64,000 nucleotides of DNA, from NCBI RefSeq assembly GCF_009914755.1, contig NC_060925.1; one strand, written 5' to 3'. The stretch comes from the human T2T-CHM13v2.0 reference genome, Homo sapiens. This document shows, piece after piece, positions 58,689 to 64,000 of the stretch; position 1 is the first letter of the stretch, and every line of letters begins with the position of its first letter. Under the pieces are notes generated by a model. It made no database searches. It saw only the letters and a list, made by a program, of their open reading frames with translations, and was not told the DNA's origin. Position numbers and translations under genes: made by a program.

Positions 58689-60639
58689 GTATGTGCTGTT
58701 GGGCCTAGGTGTGGTCCTGCGGAATTGCTGCAGATTTTAGATTGCTGGTGGGTAGGAGCTGCAGCGCTTCTCTTGGGAAATCTGTAGATCACCTGGAGCC
58801 AGCAGTTCTGGGAGGCACCCCAGGTTATTGGTCAGAGTTACAGGCTATATTTTATTTCAGTGAATTCAGAGAGCACATTGAGTCAGATCAAGAATGTTTA
58901 TTCTCATAGGAGATGAATTTAAGGAGTTAAAACTAACATATAAAATAGAAACAAATACTTTCATCCCTGGGAAGACTTTCCGTTAAGCTTCCCTCCTGAC
59001 ACAATGTTACGGAAATAGAAAACTTTGTCAAGTGATTTTTTTTAACCAATGTTACTATATATAAATCTGCAGGGAGACTGTCGCCAACTATAGAAACTGC
59101 GCTACAGGGGCCTCCTTAGATTAAGGAACAAAACTGGAGAAGGGCAGCCTTCCGCTTTATTTAGATTTCTTCCTGTTGGCTTAGAGTTCTGAAAAGACAC
59201 AATCCTGGAAGAGATCCTCCTCGCCTGGAGATTAGCACCGAGAAGGAACATACAGGAAAGAAGGGCTTTACCCACTATTCAGAGAAATGCTAAAAAGCCC
59301 CTGGAGCAGTCTGGAATGAGGTGGATGTCAAATCAATCTGTCAAAAGCAATTCAGTGCCTACTGCACATCTATCTGTATTTAAACATATTGTGCCCTATG
59401 TTTATACTTAAATCTTCTGAATCTATATTTAGAACACCATTACCGACCACAATTGACCATGAACCATCTAGCATTTTAAAGCAATATTTGTTTCGAAGAA
59501 TATACTGCTACGGTTTTTGCAGCTCAATTTATTAATGCTACTGTAAGCTTACCATCTTCCTGAACAAAAAATTTAGCAGTTAGCAGCAAGTAGATTATCG
59601 CTATGTAAAATAAAATTCCTGAGTTTCTCTCACTCGCTCTTACAGTACCTACCTGCCTACCTGTCTCTGAGGAGAAACGCTGTAATTAGGCAACAGGAAA
59701 ATTGTACTATCTTTCAAATGCATTTGCAAATGCCTTTAAGGATTTTATCCTTTAGAATCATAGATCTTGCTGTTACCTTCTGAGTTATTTCTAGAGTTGA
59801 TCTGTTCATTAACTGGAACTTGCGTTCTACGATTTAGTTGCCTTATTTCCACCCTTCATTTTTTTTTATTTTTTTAAAGCAAAAATTAATTTTTTTATTT
59901 TTTTATTCCACCCTTTAAAAATAAGTAAGTGATATTTTATTTTATAAATAAATGAGCAAGCAATGGGAGCGGTTGTACCACAGCTTCATTCTAAGTGTAG
60001 ACAGGCATGAAAAGGTCGAACCCCTGTTTCAGGCAAAAGCCAGCAGCCTAGGTGGTTCCTTCCTTTGGGGTGGTTGGTACCCTAACGGGCATTCAGCAGC
60101 TGCTACAAATTAACTACAGTCTGCCTGCATTTCTTGTAATAGAAAATTACCAAGTGGTGTCAATGTGACTCATTCGAGATTTTTTTTTTTCCTTCTGGAA
60201 GTCATAGCTTAGTTTCTCAATGACTCTTGGTTCCTATGTAATGCCAGTTAAGGGACAGCTATATGACATGATATATAAATGAAGTGCCAGTTTCTGTGTT
60301 ACTTTGCTCCTTGCAAACCTATATGCCTGAAAGATTGGAGGAAGTTTTTTCCTTCTCGTAATCTCTACTTCTTTTGTCATACTGCAGTGCTGACACTCAT
60401 TAAAAAGAAAACATTCCTTGTTTGGACCTTTCCCAAAGTTTTTTTTTTTTTTTTTCTCCTTCCAATTTGAAACATCTCAGGCTTTAGTCAGTGGCAAAAT
60501 TGAAGTTAATTGTTTGCTCTCTCTTCTTGTTAATGTATTTTGTACTCAGGAGAGGGTCTGGGGACATAGAAATGTTTCAAAAGATGTCAGGTGTGGTCAA
60601 ACTTGCTTTTCAACCTCATTGAGAGACAATATAGCAAAA

Positions 60640-60890
60640 GGCTGAGAGCACAAACTGGAGCCAGACTGCTTGGGGGTGTGGGGATCTGGCTGTGCTCTGT
60701 GATCGCTGTGTGACCTTGGGCAGGTCACTTAACCTTTCTGGTACTGCGTTTCTTCATCTGCAAAATGGGAGTAATATCATAGGGATGCTGTGAGGATCTA
60801 AATGAGTTAATACTGATGAACTAACTGCTTAGAACAAGGTTTGCCCCTTACTAAATACTGTGCACGGTGGTAATAAGTAATAATAATTGA
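60640..60890 (+). mobile_element. MIR in MGST3 intron 1
   Basis: GCTGTGTGACCTTGGGCAGGTCACTTAACCTTTCTG...TTTCTTCATCTGCAAAATGGG core. Confidence 0.85.
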
Positions 60891-62654
60891 TTTCTCCTAC
60901 TTTTCTTCCTCTAGTCTATATCACTACCCTTCAGACACACTGGACTCTTTTCTCTCCTTCATACAAGTCAAGCCTTTTTCTGTCTCCAAGTCTCTGCTCT
61001 TGCTGTTTTCTTTACCTGTGTTCTCTCTCACATATCACTTTATGCTCTTCAGATCCTTTGTCGCAATGTTACCCTTATGTTTTATGGTATGGTCCTGCTG
61101 TGTTTTTGTCTTCCCTGACTGCATGCTCACTCGTGCTCTCTCTCAATCATGCGCTCTCTCTCTCTCTCCCTCCCTCCCTCTCTCTCCCTCCCTCTCCCTC
61201 CCTCCCTCCCTCTCCCTCCCTCCCTCCCCCCCACTCTCAACTGTGTATTCTAGAGAGTCAGGACCTTCCTTCTCATTCTTGATCATTCTCATAGTAGCCC
61301 TGCCCCTTGAGTGGAACATGGCATTTAGTAAAGGATGAATAAGGGAAGGAATCATTCTGAGAAAATACTGAAGATGATAGCTATGGACTTGAGGCAAGCA
61401 TCCCATTTAGGTAAAATGCTTTGTCCGACATTGAATTTATCATATCAGCTTCATTTAATGCATTATGAGATGTTGTCTTTATTTTTCCTTCTGTATCCCA
61501 TGGCTTCTCACCATTCCCCTCCCCCTCCACCCCGCCCTCTGAGGTTGCTGCCTGCAGACCATGGGAAACATCCAGTGGGTTGTCCCTGGGATCACATCTC
61601 TTGGGAAGCTCAGCTCCAAAGGGTCTAGCAAAGCCCAGGGCTTCTAGGTTAGGTATCTCCCACAGAACCTTCTGTGTCAAGAATCTGGGAAAGTTTGTCC
61701 TTATACCTGCAGGGGAACCTGGAATTTATTCTGTCTTGTTATAAATCTAGTATTCTTAGATTCCTGAAGAACAGAATTACCAGTTTTTTCTCAGAGGAGA
61801 TTTCATCAGGCATGTGTGTTTAGTGCCTTATTACACAGAAGGCACACTCCAGAGAAGAAGAAAGCAGGTAATTTGCTTATTTGGCTTTAACAGAGTTTCA
61901 ACAGAGTTCGTGTGAGTGCAAGCTTGTGCTCTATAACCAAGAACCATTCACTGGAACTTGAGCATCCTGCTGATCTTCCCTCCCCCACTCCCAGCCAGTG
62001 CAGCCATGTATTAAGCAATTGTTTTCAGTACCAACAGTTTACCAAAGTGTTGGAATAAAAACGACATCTAAAACTTGAATATTTTATATGGCCAAACTAT
62101 GGCTATTTAACTATACAGTTGAATATATTTGGATTATAACATATTTATCTCTTAAAGGGACAGATCTTCCATCCTCCTAACATATAGTTAGCTTCCACTC
62201 TCCAAATATTCCACCAGCAACATTGATGAATATTGAAGACTATGGACTGTGAGGTACTGTGAAAGACCCACTCTAGGACCTGCTTGCTGCTATTTGCCTT
62301 ACTTGAACCAGTAATCAAGTGCTGGATAAATAATATGATTTCTATTCAACTTTTTGTTTTTAGCCCTTAGGGAACAATCTACTGAATATGCAATGCAATT
62401 GTCGGGGGATAGTTACTTTTCATTACCTAGGTTTCTGTTCCTTCTTTTAAGTGTAATTTAAATCTGGCTGTCATGAAGGTTTGGCGCTCAAACAGATTTT
62501 AGCATCTGTTTAATGTAGAAGTGGACTGGAACTAGCATTCTGAAAATGTAGTCTGAACCCAAAGAAATCCCATGACTCTCCTTTTCTGTCCTATCATAGA
62601 AACAGATAATTACATTTTTAAAGTTTTTGTGTGTGGGTGTGTGTGTTGTCATTT

Positions 62655-63190
<536 letters not shown>

Positions 63191-64000
63191 TTACTTCCCT
63201 CTAGGCTCTTTAATTTCTCCATTGAGCATTGTGTGAGCTCCGCTGAGCATTGTATGGAGGGTCAGCTGCCCTGGCTGGAGATGGTTTTGAGGCTTGTTCC
63301 TTCGTGGAAACATCTGGATGCAGAAGTTAGGCTGTACAACTATCCAGGGGAGCTTTAAGTGAGCCAAGTGGACCCTCAGCACCACCTCAGAGTGTTCTAA
63401 GCTACCGTCTGGTGTTTGGGACTCAGGGAAGTCCTTTTGGTATGATCAGACTAGCCCTTTATGTGACTATCCTTGTGTGTTACTCTCATTAAAATATTGA
63501 TTTTTGCCATGTAAGGAAGATTGGAATAGCACAGGCAGCCGAATAAGGATTTTAATGAAACATTGGAGAATGGCTTCAAGTTAATCTGTGAATGCTTTGT
63601 CATTGTCCCATCCCTGGACACATTAAAAAGAAAAAAAAGAGCAGTTGAGAAATTGCAGTACAATTTGAGGAGAGCAATATCATACACAGAAGTAGGGACT
63701 ACTTTTGTCAAAGCTGGATTTTATTTATTTGGGAGCAAAGAGAGAGAGCTGAAAGACATAATCTTCTCTCCCTTAAGAATCTCATTGTCATTTAGTAAAA
63801 TAAAAGGTAGTGTCACTTCATGGCTCAGAAGTGGTAAATTATTTGAGGCAGGTACCCAAATCCATAAAGCCTGCCTTTTGCTTTGTTTGTGGAATGCTGA
63901 TTGTGTGCTGGGGAATTTCTGATGGGCAGCCAAGAGGAATTTGGGAAGTAGTGAAGGAGACCTTTACCCCAGGAGTGTTCTATTGGATGTAGTTCAGGAA

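Larger units (their letters stand above)
56700..58700 (+). promoter_or_regulatory. MGST3: MGST3 CpG-island promoter
   Basis: High CpG/GC; GC boxes (~57563, ~57598, ~57627), E2F-type TTTCGCGC 57255-57262, NRF1-like GCGCACGCGC ~57259, CCAAT ~57366, two ARE-like TGACnnnGC; no TATA box. Confidence 0.9.

Overview
Human (primate) genomic DNA, recognised from memory as chr1q24.1 between LRRC52 and MGST3. No complete protein-coding gene lies in the window. Main content: (1) a full-length processed RPS2 pseudogene (8021-8978, +) whose poly(A) position is occupied by a ~900-bp TA/CA-rich array containing an inverted copy of downstream DNA and three target-site copies; (2) a degenerate tRNA-Lys(CTT) fused directly to an AluJ (23318-23685); (3) an orphan CpG-rich, probably bidirectional promoter at ~24.4-25.0 kb with RFX/MYB/ZNF143/NF-Y/GC-box motifs and candidate minus-strand exons; (4) the CpG-island promoter, non-coding exon 1 and start of intron 1 of MGST3 (+), with a 44-nt alternative exon that could add an Arg-rich N-terminus. 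The rest is mostly Alu, L1, L2, MIR, DNA-transposon and solo-LTR relics. Almost all ORFs in the supplied track are repeat-derived or chance. Gene names, repeat subfamilies and the locus are from recognition, not a search; boundaries of old repeats are approximate.
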